DNA of 64,000 bases from NCBI GenBank assembly GCA_963814545.1, contig CAWFDC010000015.1:75565-139564 (forward strand), written 5' to 3'. The notes under the pieces were generated by a model. It was not told the DNA's origin and did no database searches. It saw nothing but the letters and a program-made list of their open reading frames with translations. Position numbers and translations under genes: made by a program. The DNA is from an uncultured Thermoleophilia bacterium. GTDB lineage: Bacteria > Actinomycetota > Thermoleophilia > UBA2241. Every line of letters begins with the position of its first letter. The stretch's first letter is position 1. This document shows, in pieces, positions 40,884 to 51,000 of the stretch.

Positions 40884-41897
40884 TCACTGGTACAGCGTGC
40901 CGGCGTTGACGATCGGGTGCACCTCGCTCTCGCCGCAGAGGACGACCATGAGGTTGCTGACCATCGCCGCCTTGCGCTCCTCGTCGAGCTCGACGACGCC
41001 CTGCTCGGCGAGCTGCGCCAGGGCCATGTCGACCATGCCCACGGCGCCGGCCACGATCTTGCGCCGCGCGGCGATGATCGCCTCGGCCTGCTGGCGGCGG
41101 AGCATCGCCTGGGCGATCTCGGGTGCGTAGGCGAGGTGGGTGAGGCGCGCCTCGTCGACGAGGACGCCGGCCTTGGCGAGCCGTTCCTCGAGCTCGGTCT
41201 TGAGCGCCGCCGAGACGTCGAGGACGTTGCTGCGCAGGGTGATCTCGTCGGCCTCGCCGTCCTCGCCGTGGTCGTACGCGTAGGAGCTCGCGACGTGACG
41301 CAGGGCCGACTCGCTCTGCATCGAGACGTATTGCTCGTAGTCGTCGACGTCGAACACGGCCTGGGCCGTGTCCTGCACGCGCCAGACGACCACGGCGGCG
41401 ATCTCGACCGGGTTGCCGCGCATGTCGTTGACCTTGAGGTGCTCGCCGGTGAGGGTGCGGGCGCGCAGCGAGACCTTGTAGCGGCCAAGGGTGCGCGGCT
41501 TGGCCTGCCCCTTCTTCTTGCTCGCCGACTCGACGATCTGCTCCGCCGCCTTGCTCAGCGCGCCGCTCCCGCCGGTCGCGCTGCCGTTGGCGTAGAACGG
41601 GTTGCCCCAGCGGAAGCCGGTCTCGCGGCTGGTGCCCTTGTAGTCGCCGAAGAGGATGAGCACGCGCGCCTCGTTGGGCTGCAGGGTGAAGAAGCCCGGC
41701 GAGACGACGATCGCCGCAGCGAGCACGACGCAACCGGTGATGAGCATCCACCAGATCGGGATCGCCGTGCCGTTGGCGTTCTCGCCGCCCTCGAGGAACG
41801 AGTAGACGATGAGCGCCGTCGCGGCGGCATAGAGGGCGATGTCGACCCCGAGCATCGCCCACCCGTTCAACGTCCTGGCCGTACGTTCGACCGTCAT
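40884..41897 (-). CDS. SPFH/band-7 (stomatin/prohibitin-like) domain membrane protein
   Basis: ATG 41897 follows GGAGGTGAAGG. Two N-terminal helices, then the SPFH core ([66 protein letters not shown]). Confidence 0.85.
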   Translation of the reverse strand: MTVERTARTLNGWAMLGVDIALYAAATALIVYSFLEGGENANGTAIPIWWMLITGCVVLAAAIVVSPGFFTLQPNEARVLILFGDYKGTSRETGFRWGNPFYANGSATGGSGALSKAAEQIVESASKKKGQAKPRTLGRYKVSLRARTLTGEHLKVNDMRGNPVEIAAVVVWRVQDTAQAVFDVDDYEQYVSMQSESALRHVASSYAYDHGEDGEADEITLRSNVLDVSAALKTELEERLAKAGVLVDEARLTHLAYAPEIAQAMLRRQQAEAIIAARRKIVAGAVGMVDMALAQLAEQGVVELDEERKAAMVSNLMVVLCGESEVHPIVNAGTLYQ

Positions 41898-42056
41898 GGC
41901 CTTCACCTCCACGCTCCCCGCCCGGCCCTCCGGGCGACTGATATGAAGATGATATCACAATGAGAGCGCATGTCCAGTGTGAGGGGCCTGTTGGCGGGAA
42001 GAATCGCGGCGCGCCGGGGTGAAGCGGCATGACGGCGGCCAGGGCAGCGCGGGAAC

Positions 42057-42095
42057 GAGGGCGGCCCGGTCCGTCCCTGCGACCGGGCCGCCCTC
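42057..42095 (-). terminator. GC-rich hairpin just downstream of the plsY-fusion ORF
   Basis: GAGGGCGGCCCGGTC - 9 nt - GACCGGGCCGCCCTC, a 15-bp perfect stem 12 nt beyond the stop. No U tract. Confidence 0.45.
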
Positions 42096-42106
42096 GCGGA
42101 GTCAGG

Positions 42107-43492
42107 TCAGTAGAGCAGAGCCCTGACCTTGGGCGTCACCTTCTTGAGGGTCTTGACCATCTGGGCGAGGCGCTCGTCGAGCAGCACGACCTGGGCGTCG
42201 CGCACCTCGGTGAGGCTCGCCTTCGCGCCGGCGTAGTCGCCGGCGTAGATCTGGTCGTACTCGGCGACCAGGTCGTGGTAGGGCGCGAGCTGGCCCTGAC
42301 CGCCCCAGGCGATGCGGTAGTACGACGGGTCGTGCCGCTGCTGGTCGTCGACGAAGGCGTCGTAGCTGAACATCAGGCCGTAGTACATCTGGCTGATGTC
42401 CCAGATCGGGCCCGCCGCCGCGTCGGGGTCGACCGGGTCCATCTCGAGTTCAGCGATCGCCGCGTTCAGCAGCTCGAGATCCCAGAAGACCTGCTCGTGC
42501 GGGTAGATCGTGTAGTCCCAGGCGCTCAGCGCGATGAAGTCGTCGTGCACCATGCGCACGATCTTGAGGAGCTTGTTGTTGGCGCGCTTGAGCTTGGTGG
42601 CCTTGGTGATGCAGTCCTTGCCCGCCTCGTAGGTGTCGCAGGCGGCCGTGAAGGCCTCGATGCGGCAGACAAGGTCGTCGACGAGGGCGCAATCGGCGCC
42701 GGCCGCCTTGAGGGCGTCGCCGTCCACGCTCGCGGCCAGGCTCGCCGCCCGGGCCGGGAGGTCGTAGGGCAGCAGGCCGCAGTCGAGGGACCGCTGGGTG
42801 CGGAAGAGGAACTTACCGACCTTGGCGAGGTAGTCGTAGCTCACCAGGTCGATGGTCTCGTAGTTCGTGTGGTACAGGCTCTGGTACATCGCGTTCGAGG
42901 TGCCCAGCCGGATGCCGGGGATGCCCTCGGCGGCGAACGGCCACTGGTCGTTCCAGCAGTACACCGGCGAGTAGAAGGAGGTGCCGTAGGGGACGAGCTC
43001 GGGGTTGTCAGCGGCGACCTTGTCGAGCACCGAGACGAGCTCTTCACTGCAGGCCGAGCCCAGCGGGGCGCCCTCGAGGGCCATGAGCTCGAGCCCGAGG
43101 AAGGCGCGCATCTTGCCGGGCCAGTTCTTGTGCGTCTTGGTCGCCGCGTACCAGGCGCCGAAGGTCACGGCCACGCCCTTGCCGCCCCTGAAGCGTAGCA
43201 GGGGCGAGAAGTCGTGGCCGACGATCGGCGCCAGGGCGACGGGGACGAGCGCCCACCCCGAGATGCCGAGGGCGAGGCGCGCGACGGCGATCGGCACGGC
43301 GGCCTTGGCGATGTCGAGCACGGCCGCCGCGATCCCCAGCGCCGGCCCTCCGGCGCGCCAGACGTTGCCGGCGCCGGGGTTGCGGTCGGGGCCGAAGTCG
43401 CGGATGTCGACGCCCAGCGCCAGGCGACCGAGCCACAACGATAGCGGCAGCGACCCGGCGGCGAAGCCGATCACCGTCATCGCGAGGACCAC
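42107..43492 (-). CDS. Chimeric ORF: N-terminal part of PlsY (acyl-phosphate:glycerol-3-phosphate acyltransferase) fused in frame to the C-terminal half of an M28B (glutamate carboxypeptidase II/transferrin-receptor-like) peptidase
   Basis: Residues 1 to about 113 are PlsY-like (GSLPLSLWLG, RNPGAGNVWRAGG, DIAKAAVP, GHDFSPLLRFRGGKGVAVTFG). The rest is soluble: NDQWPFAAEGIPGIRLG, LYHTNYETIDLV, LPYDL and a long helical dimerisation-like tail. Confidence 0.6.
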   Translation of the reverse strand: MVLAMTVIGFAAGSLPLSLWLGRLALGVDIRDFGPDRNPGAGNVWRAGGPALGIAAAVLDIAKAAVPIAVARLALGISGWALVPVALAPIVGHDFSPLLRFRGGKGVAVTFGAWYAATKTHKNWPGKMRAFLGLELMALEGAPLGSACSEELVSVLDKVAADNPELVPYGTSFYSPVYCWNDQWPFAAEGIPGIRLGTSNAMYQSLYHTNYETIDLVSYDYLAKVGKFLFRTQRSLDCGLLPYDLPARAASLAASVDGDALKAAGADCALVDDLVCRIEAFTAACDTYEAGKDCITKATKLKRANNKLLKIVRMVHDDFIALSAWDYTIYPHEQVFWDLELLNAAIAELEMDPVDPDAAAGPIWDISQMYYGLMFSYDAFVDDQQRHDPSYYRIAWGGQGQLAPYHDLVAEYDQIYAGDYAGAKASLTEVRDAQVVLLDERLAQMVKTLKKVTPKVRALLY

Positions 43493-43599
43493 GCTCGTCC
43501 CTTCGCGTTCGCGTCCTCCCGGCCGCGGCCCGAGCCGGCCGGCGTGACCGTGCGTAGGCCGCGGCGTCCCGTGCTTCTCTTTCCCCGCCGGCGGTGGTG

Positions 43600-43983
43600 C
43601 TAGTTCTTCGTCCAGACGATGCTCTCGAACTCGAGCCGGTCGCCGTTGACGGTGCCGGCCTCGGACTCCTCGCCGTCCATGACGAGCGAGATGTTGTCTC
43701 CGTCGACGGTGTAGGTCCCCTTGAACTCGATGTCCTCGCCGCCCATGGGGTTGGGCCCGGCGAGGGTGAACTCGCCGCCGTCCAAGGTGAGCGTGAAGTC
43801 CTTCATCGCGTCCTCGCCCTCGGTCATCGTGTACGAGCCGTCGACGCCGCCGCTGCCGCAGGCGGTGAGCGCGGCGGCGAGCAGCACGGTCAGCGCGAGG
43901 AGCACGAGGAGTGCGAGGAGCGGCGAGCGGGCGCGGTCACGCGAGCGGCCGGCGTGCGCGGGGCGGGGGTGGGCGTTGGACAT
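43600..43983 (-). CDS. Small secreted lipoprotein, unknown function
   Basis: Signal plus lipobox LLALLVLLALTVLLAAALTAC-GSGG. Only the 3' part of supplied ORF 43600..45123 is credible; ATG at 43983. Confidence 0.6.
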   Translation of the reverse strand: MSNAHPRPAHAGRSRDRARSPLLALLVLLALTVLLAAALTACGSGGVDGSYTMTEGEDAMKDFTLTLDGGEFTLAGPNPMGGEDIEFKGTYTVDGDNISLVMDGEESEAGTVNGDRLEFESIVWTKN

Positions 43984-44090
43984 GGGGCCTCCTGTCGTGG
44001 TCGACGCCGCCGCTGTGGTGGGCCGGCGGTCACGTGTGCAGTGAGTTACGGGTTCGCCCCGGGCGGCGTCTGACCTTCCAGGGTAAAGGG

Positions 44091-44162
44091 AGCGGGCCGC
44101 ACCAGTCGTCGCGGGGTGGGCCGCACCAGTCGTCGCGGAGCGGGCCGCACCAGTCGCCGCGG
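44091..44162. repeat. 24-bp tandem repeat x3 between hdrB and the lipoprotein gene
   Basis: AGCGGGCCGCACCAGTCGTCGCGG / GGTGGGCCGCACCAGTCGTCGCGG / AGCGGGCCGCACCAGTCGCCGCGG. Confidence 0.85.
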
Positions 44163-44252
44163 GAGTGAGGACGGACGAGCCGAGGGGCGGCGGGCCGTAC
44201 GGCCCGCCGCCCCTCGGCGACATCCAGGCGATCAGCGCCGCGGGGGAGCCCG

Positions 44253-45116
44253 TTACGCCATCACCGCGTGCGCGTCGATGAGGTGCTTGCTGACGCCGAT
44301 CGTCTTCTCGTCGAGGCCGATGGCGCGGCCGACGAGCTGGCTGAGGAAGAGCACGGGCACGCCGGCCCACGAGCTGTCCTTGCGCGCGATCTCGCTCTGG
44401 CGGCCGTCGAGGTTGACCTGGCAGAGCGGGCAGGCGACGGCGATCGCCTCGGCGCCGCAGTCGCGCGCGTCGCTCACGATGCGCCCCACGAGCCCGTCGA
44501 CGATCTCCTGCTCGGTGAGCGCCAGCGCGGCGCCGCAGCAGTCGGTCTTGTAGTTCCAGTCGACCGCCTCGCAGCCGAGGGCCTCGACGACGGCGTCCAT
44601 GTGCGTCGGGTACTCGGGGTCCTCGGCGAGGGTGACCTCGGGCGGGCGTGTGAGCAGGCAGCCGTAGTAGCAGGCCACCTTGAGGCCCTTGAACGGGCGC
44701 TTCACCTTGGCGGCGAGCGCCTCGAGGCCGACCGCGTCGTGATAGACGTCGACCAGGTTCTGCACGGTGACGCCGCCCTCGTAGCCGCGCCCGACGACCG
44801 AGCGCACGTCGTCGGCGACCGCCGGGTCGCGGGCGACCTCGTGCGCGCCGGTCTTGAAACGGCTGAAGCAGGCGGCGCAGGGCACGGCCACGGCGTCGAG
44901 CTTCAGGTCCTTCTCGACCTTGACCAGCTCGTTCACTGGCAGCGCCGTGGCGAGCAGGCGGTTGATCGAGTGCGCCGCGGTGTTGCCGCAGCACTCCCAG
45001 CCGGGGATCTCGACGAGGTCGAGGTCGAGCGTCCGCGCCGTGGCCCTGAAGCTGGCGTCGAACTCGCCCGAGGTGCCGTGCAGCGAGCAGCCGGGGTAGT
45101 AGGCGATACTCGTCAC
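44253..45116 (-). CDS. hdrB: Heterodisulfide reductase subunit B-like (two CCG domains)
   Basis: YYPGCSLHG, WECCGNTAAH, VPCAACF, YYGCLLTRP, TDCCGAALAL and VACPLCQVNLD. The GTG start overlaps the hdrC stop (GTGA). TAA stop. Confidence 0.9.
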   Translation of the reverse strand: MTSIAYYPGCSLHGTSGEFDASFRATARTLDLDLVEIPGWECCGNTAAHSINRLLATALPVNELVKVEKDLKLDAVAVPCAACFSRFKTGAHEVARDPAVADDVRSVVGRGYEGGVTVQNLVDVYHDAVGLEALAAKVKRPFKGLKVACYYGCLLTRPPEVTLAEDPEYPTHMDAVVEALGCEAVDWNYKTDCCGAALALTEQEIVDGLVGRIVSDARDCGAEAIAVACPLCQVNLDGRQSEIARKDSSWAGVPVLFLSQLVGRAIGLDEKTIGVSKHLIDAHAVMA

Positions 45117-45763
45117 GACGCACCTCCGCCCTCGTCGCCGGACGGCGCGGCCGCGCCCTTGCCGGACGGTGGGGCCGCGTCCTTGCCGGCCCGCGCCGCG
45201 CTCTTGGCCTCGCGGGCCCGGGTGAGACTCTCGGCGGTCTTGACCATGCGCTTCATGGCGTCGGTGTCGCCCTTCTTGAGCGTGGGGTTGATCTTGCCCT
45301 TGAGCAGCATCTTGGGCCCGAGCGAGAGCCACTCGAGGGCGCCCTTGGGCCGGCGCAGGGCGTCGCGCGCGATGAGCTCGACCTCCCACATGCGGCCCCA
45401 GCGGACGAACGAGTTGTAGTTGAGCTTGAGCATGGCCGCCGACGGGGCGTCCGGGTGCACCTTGCCCTCGCGCCAGGCGATGATCTTGAGCTCGTCCATG
45501 ATCGCCGCGATGTCGATGCCCTGCGGGCAGCGCGTGGTGCAGGTCTGGCACCCGGTGCACAGCCAGATGAACTTGTCGTCGAAGATCATGTCGTACTGTC
45601 CGAGCTGGACGGCACGCATGATCTGCGCCGGGTGCATGCCGGCGTGCTCGGCCACCGGGCACCCGGCCGTGCAGCGCTTGCACTGGTAGCAGAGGTAGGG
45701 GTTCTCGGCGCAGCCGGCCCCCACCTTGGTGGCGAGGACGCCGCTCGGTGTGCAGGTCGTCAT
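45113..45763 (-). CDS. hdrC: Heterodisulfide reductase subunit C-like (2x[4Fe-4S])
   Basis: CYQCKRCTAGCP and CTGCQTCTTRCP. ATG 45763 lies 5 nt after AGGAGGTG. Lys/Ala/Gly-rich C-terminal tail. Confidence 0.9.
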   Translation of the reverse strand: MTTCTPSGVLATKVGAGCAENPYLCYQCKRCTAGCPVAEHAGMHPAQIMRAVQLGQYDMIFDDKFIWLCTGCQTCTTRCPQGIDIAAIMDELKIIAWREGKVHPDAPSAAMLKLNYNSFVRWGRMWEVELIARDALRRPKGALEWLSLGPKMLLKGKINPTLKKGDTDAMKRMVKTAESLTRAREAKSAARAGKDAAPPSGKGAAAPSGDEGGGAS

Positions 45764-45772
45764 CCCCACCTC

Positions 45773-46717
45773 CTAGGCCACTGCCGGCCGCGGCATGAGG
45801 CCCGCGGCCTCGACGATCTCGGGCACCGCGGACTCCCACTCGATGGCCATGATGTGGACGCCGGCGACACCCTCGATCTCGGTGAACTCCTTGATCATCT
45901 CGACGGCGATCTTCTTGCCCTCGGCCTGCTGCGGGGCGCCCTTCTCGGGGACGGCCATGCGATCGACGATGTCCTGCGGGACGTCGATGCCGGGAACGAA
46001 CTTCTGCATGTAGCGCGCCCCGCCGACGCCCTTCAGCGGCGTGATGCCGGCGAGGATCTTGATCTCCTTGTGCAGGCCCAGGGCGCGCACCTCCTCCATC
46101 CACTTCTTGAACTTGGGGACGTTGAAGATGCACTGGGTCTGCATGAAGTCGGCGCCGGCCTCGATCTTCTTCTTGAGGCGCAGGGCGCGGAGGTCGAAGG
46201 GGTCGGCGAAGGGGTTCTCGGCGCAGCCGATGTAGAGCGGCGGCGCGACCGTCATCTCCTCGCCGCACTGGAACTTCTTCTCGTCGCGCATGTCCTTGTA
46301 CATCTTGATGAGGTTGATGGCGTCGAGGTCGTGCACGCCCCTGGCCTCGGGGTGGTTGCCGAAGCTCAGGTGGTCGCCGGTGAGGCAGAGGATGTTCTTG
46401 ATGCCCAGTGTGGCGGCGCCGAGGATGTCGGCCTGCATCGCCAGACGGTTGCGGTCGCGGCAGGTCATCTGCATGATCGCCTCGAGCCCGTTCTGCTGGG
46501 CGGTGTGGCCCGACGCCAGGGAGCACACGCGGACCACGGCGGTCTGGTTGTCGGTGATGTTGACGGCGTCGACGTAGCCCTTGAGGATCTTGGCCTTCTC
46601 CTCGATGACGGTGACGTCGGCGCCCTTGGGCGGGCCGCACTCGCCGGTGACGGCGAACTTGCCTTCGGCGAGGATCTTCTCGAGGTTGGAGCCGGCCTTG
46701 TATCCGTTGTCCCTCAT
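45773..46717 (-). CDS. metF: Methylenetetrahydrofolate reductase, acetogen-type MetF
   Basis: KFAVTGECGPPKGAD, VDAVNITDNQ, MTCRDRN, ILCLTGDH, FMQTQCIFN. The start overlaps the metV stop (ATGA). Stop is TAG. Confidence 0.9.
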   Translation of the reverse strand: MRDNGYKAGSNLEKILAEGKFAVTGECGPPKGADVTVIEEKAKILKGYVDAVNITDNQTAVVRVCSLASGHTAQQNGLEAIMQMTCRDRNRLAMQADILGAATLGIKNILCLTGDHLSFGNHPEARGVHDLDAINLIKMYKDMRDEKKFQCGEEMTVAPPLYIGCAENPFADPFDLRALRLKKKIEAGADFMQTQCIFNVPKFKKWMEEVRALGLHKEIKILAGITPLKGVGGARYMQKFVPGIDVPQDIVDRMAVPEKGAPQQAEGKKIAVEMIKEFTEIEGVAGVHIMAIEWESAVPEIVEAAGLMPRPAVA

Positions 46718-47397
46718 ACCGGCTTCGCCTCCTCGCGCACCATCTTGCGGGGGCCGCCGGAGCTGCTCTTGCTCCAGTTCTTCGGCGGCCGGTCGGTGAA
46801 CATGAGCTCTTCGCGGCCCTGTGCCTTGAGGCGCTCCCAGATGAGGGCCCAGGCGCACTCGATCTCTTCCTTGTCGGGCCCGGTGACTTCGCACAGGCCG
46901 TCGTGCGAACCGCCGCAAGGGCCGTTCATGAGGCTCTTGCTGCAGCGCACGACGGGGCAGATGCCGCCGGTCAGGCCGATGCGGCACTCGCCGCAGGCGA
47001 CGCAGCGCTCGAGCCACACGGCGTGCTCCTGCGGCATGCCCAGCATGTTGGTGTCGACGGCCGGCACGACGAGCCTGGGGGCGAACTTCTCGGCCATGCT
47101 CTGGATGCCGATGCCGCAGGCCATGCTGAGGACGACGTCGGCCTCCTCGACCTTGGCGGCGATCATGTCGAGGTACTCCCACTCGCACTGCCTGATGGCG
47201 GCGGTGTGCTCGACCTCGATCTCGCGGCCGTCGGCCTGTGCCTTCATGCGCAGCTCGCTGGCGAGGATCTCGGCCTCTTTCTCGCCTCCGGTGAGGCAGA
47301 TGGCGACGCAGGTGTCGCAGCCGGCGACGAGGATCTTCTTGTGTCCGGCGACGAGGTCCAGGATCTCGTCGAACGGCTTGCGTTCAGCGGTGATCAT
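46714..47397 (-). CDS. metV: MetV, zinc-ribbon/MTHFR-C-terminal-like small subunit of methylene-THF reductase
   Basis: ILVAGCDTCVAICLTGG, SMACGIGIQ and CVACGECRIGLTGGICPVVRCSKSLMNGPCGG. ATGA overlap with mvhD. Confidence 0.85.
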   Translation of the reverse strand: MITAERKPFDEILDLVAGHKKILVAGCDTCVAICLTGGEKEAEILASELRMKAQADGREIEVEHTAAIRQCEWEYLDMIAAKVEEADVVLSMACGIGIQSMAEKFAPRLVVPAVDTNMLGMPQEHAVWLERCVACGECRIGLTGGICPVVRCSKSLMNGPCGGSHDGLCEVTGPDKEEIECAWALIWERLKAQGREELMFTDRPPKNWSKSSSGGPRKMVREEAKPV

Positions 47398-48086
47398 TCG
47401 GCGGGTCCCTTCTCGGTGGTGGCGGAGGCGGTGTCGGGCGCCGGCGCGGCGGCGCCGGCCGGCGCCCCCTCGGGCATGGCCACGTCGCCGGCGGCCTCAC
47501 GGGCCGCGGCATGCGGCGACACGTCGTGGCGCCGCAGCGGGTTCGGCCCGAGGGCCTTGATCCGGTCGGTGAACTCGGTCGCGACGCGGGCGAACTCGGC
47601 GCCCATCGCCGACGACATGTTGTACATCTCCACGCGCTCGGGCTCGATGCCCACCTCGGCGAGGAGGGCCTTGACGTGGTCGACGCGCTTGCGCGCCCAG
47701 AGGTTGCCCTTGAGGTAGTGACACTCACCCTCGAGGCAGCCGGCGGCGTAGACGCCGTCGGCGCCGGCCTCGATCGCGCGCATGAGGTGGATGACCTCGA
47801 GCTTGCCCGTGCAGGGCAGCTTGATCATGCGGATGTTCGACGGGTATTGCAGGCGCATGCTGCCCGCCAGGTCGGCGGCGGCGTAGGCGCAGTAGTGACA
47901 GGCGAACACGATGATCTCGGGCTCGAAGTCGGGGTCGACGGGCTTCTTCGGCGCCTCGGTCTCGGCGGCCTCGGCGCCCTCGGGTGCGTCGGCGACGGCG
48001 GTCGGGGCGGAGGCCCCCGCCGTCGCCTGAGCCGTCGTGGCTGCCTGCGCCGTCGTGGCCGCGGTCACCTTCGGCTCCTCGGCCAT
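47394..48086 (-). CDS. mvhD: MvhD/FlpD-like (methyl-viologen-reducing hydrogenase delta subunit) electron-transfer protein with Ala/Thr-rich N- and C-terminal extensions
   Basis: IIVFACHYCAYAAADLAG, IKLPCTGKLEVIHLMRAIEAGADGVYAAGCLEGECHY. ATG 1 nt after the hdrA stop, preceded by GGAGGTGA. Confidence 0.85.
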   Translation of the reverse strand: MAEEPKVTAATTAQAATTAQATAGASAPTAVADAPEGAEAAETEAPKKPVDPDFEPEIIVFACHYCAYAAADLAGSMRLQYPSNIRMIKLPCTGKLEVIHLMRAIEAGADGVYAAGCLEGECHYLKGNLWARKRVDHVKALLAEVGIEPERVEMYNMSSAMGAEFARVATEFTDRIKALGPNPLRRHDVSPHAAAREAAGDVAMPEGAPAGAAAPAPDTASATTEKGPAE

Positions 48087-48087
48087 C

Positions 48088-51000
48088 TCAGCTCACCTCC
48101 ATGAAGAGCGCCTCTTCCTTGGCGAAGACCTGCGCGTCGGTGTAGTGGTGCAGGGTGATCGCCTTGACGGGGCACTCGCTGACGCACACGCCGCAGCCCT
48201 GGCAGGCGGCCGCCTCGATCTTGGCCTTCTTCGTGTCGGCCTCGATGATCGGCACCTCGTACGGGCAGATGCGCACGCAGGTGAGACACGCGGCGCACTT
48301 CTCCTGGTCGACCTCAGCGACGACGCCGCCGGCTTTGAGGGCCGGCTTGGCCAGGATGGCCGCGGCCCTCCCGGCGGCGGCGTAGGCCTGGCTGATCGTC
48401 TCGTCGATGCTCTTCGGGTAGTGCGCCGCCCCGGCGAGGAAGAGGCCCTCGCTGGAGAAGTCGACGGGCCGCAGCTTGACGTGCGCCTCGAGGTAGAAGC
48501 CGTCGGCGGTGAGCGGCACCTTGAGGAGTTTGGAGAGCGCTTCGCCGCCCTCGGCCGGGACCGCCGGCGTGGCGAGCACGAGCAAGTCGACCGGCAGCGT
48601 GATGTCGCGCCGCAGGAAGGGGTCGCGGTAGGCGACCTCGACCCTGCCGTTGGCGCTGACCACCGGCTTCGAGTCGTCGTCGTAGCGCGTGAAGACGACG
48701 CCGAGCTCGCGCGCCCGGGTGTAGTACTCCTCGAGGAGGCCGAAGGTGCGGACCTCCTTGAACCACACGTAGACGGGACGATCGGGGTCCTTCTCCTTGA
48801 GGGCGATGGCGTTCTTGATGCTCTGCTGGCAGCAGGTGCGCGAGCAGTAGGGTTTGTGCTCGTCGAGGGAGCCGGCGCAGAGGACGAAGCCGACGGCGCC
48901 GGCCGCGTGGAGCGCGGGATCCTCGTCCTTGAGCATGCGCTCGAGCTCCATGCCGGTCACGACCTTGGGGCTCGTGCCCAGACCGAAGAGCTCGGGCCGG
49001 TCCTCGTGGGAGCCGGTGGCGACGACGACGACGCCATGGTCGACCGGCGTGCGGGCGCCGTCCTTGGCTTTGACGACGCTCGAGAAGTTGCCGATGAAGC
49101 CGTGGAAGTCGACGAGTTCGCTCTCGAGGTGGATCCTGACGTTGGGGTTGTCGATGAGGCGCTGCTCGAGCTGCGCGACGAGCGCCGTCGGGTCGCCGCC
49201 GCGGATCGTGCGCCCGAGCTCGAGGACGTGGCCGCCGAGGCGCGGCGAGCGCTCCACGAGGTGTACCTCGTGGCCCATCTCGCCGAGCGCGGCGGCGGCC
49301 GTCATGCCGGCCACGCCGCCGCCGATCACGAGGGCGGCGTGGGTGAGCGGCACGTCGACCTTGTAGAGCGGCTCGAGCATGCGCGCCCGGGCGACCGACA
49401 TCCTGACGAGGTCTTTCGCCTTGTCGGTCGCCTTCTCGGGCTCGTTCGCGTGCACCCACGACGCCTGGTCGCGGATGTTGGCCATCTCGAAGAGGAACGG
49501 GTTGAGCCCGGCCTCGCGGAGCGTGTCCTGGAAGATGGGCTCGTGGGTGCGCGGCGTGCAGCTCGCGACCACGACGCGGTTGAGCTGGTGCTCCTCGATC
49601 TTCTCCTTGATCAGCGAGAGCGAGTCGCTCGAGCATGTGTACAGCGTGTCGGTGGCGAACTCGACGCCCGGAAGCTGCTGGGCGTAGTCGGCGACGCTCT
49701 CGACCCCGATCACGCCGGCGATGTTGGAGCCGCAGTGACAGACGAAGACGCCGATGCGCGGCTCCTCTTCGGAGACCGCGCGCTCGGCCGGGTACTCCCT
49801 CTCGACCGTGAGCGTGTCGCGCGAGTCGGCGAGGCCGGTCATCACCTGGGCGGCCGCGGCCGAGGCCTGGGCGACCGAGTCGGGGATGTCCTTGGGCTCG
49901 CCGAACGGCCCGGCCACGAAGACGCCCTTGCGGCTCGTCGCCAGCGGCTCGAATTCGTCCAGCTCGCAGAAGCCGTGGCGGTTGAGGGCGATGCCGAGGT
50001 GGCCGGCCGCCTCCTGCGCCTTGCGTGCGGGCTCGAGGCCGACCGAGAGCACGACCATGTCGAACCGGCTGGTCCGCATGTCGCCGCTCTCGTCCTCCCA
50101 GGTGATCAGGAGGTCGCCGGTCTTCGGGTCTTCCTTGATGGTCGAGGGCCGCGAACGCAGGAACTTGACCCCGCGGTCGACGGCGCGCTGGTAGAAGTCG
50201 TCGAAACCCTTGCCCTGGGCGCGCATGTCCATGAGGAAGACGGTGGGCTCGCAGTCGGCCACGTGGTCCATGGTGAGCATGGCCTGCTTGTTGGCGAACA
50301 TGCAGCAGACGCTCGAGCAGTACTCGTGCTCCTGGTCGCGCGAGCCGACGCACTGGATGAAGGCGACCTTCTTCGGGTGCCCGCCGTCGCTCGGGCGCTT
50401 CACGTCACCGACGGTCGGGCCTGAGGCGCTCAGCATGCGCTCGTACTCGAGCGCCGAGAGGACGTTGGGGTAGCGTCGGTAACCGTACTCGCTCTTCGCG
50501 CCGGGATCGTGAGCGTCGTAACCGGTCGCCAGGACGACGGCGCCGACGTCGATCTCGAGCTCGCGGTCACGCTCTTCATGGAGGAGGGCGCCGGGCCCGC
50601 AGGCGCGCACGCACTCCAGGCACTCCGAGCAGACTGCGCACTGGAGGCAGCGCTTCGCCTCGGCGATCGCTTGCGCCTCGGTGTAGCCCCGGCGCACCTC
50701 GACCCAGCTGCGGCGGCGCTCGGCGCCGTCGTGCTCGGGCATGCGCACGCGCGGCGCGGGGGCCGTCGCGGCCAGCGTCTCGTCGTCGGGGCGAGCCTCG
50801 GGGAGCGGGTCTTCCCACAGCGCCACGAGCTTCTCGCCGCGGAGGTGGTTGTGGATGGCCGCCGCGCCTTTGCGGCCGGCGGCGATCGCCTCGATCGCGG
50901 TGAGCGGGCCGGTCGGCGCGACGTCGCCGCCGGCGAAGACCCCGGGGCGGCCCGTGGCCATGGTCGCGGGGTCGGTCTTGACCGTGCCGCGCTCTATCTC

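Noticed and set aside
43600-45123. The 507-aa ORF spanning the lipoprotein gene, the intergenic repeats and hdrB in another frame.
   Set aside because: Only its last 127 codons (signal peptide plus lipobox protein) look coding. The remainder is an Arg/Pro/Gly-rich shadow of hdrB and repeat DNA.
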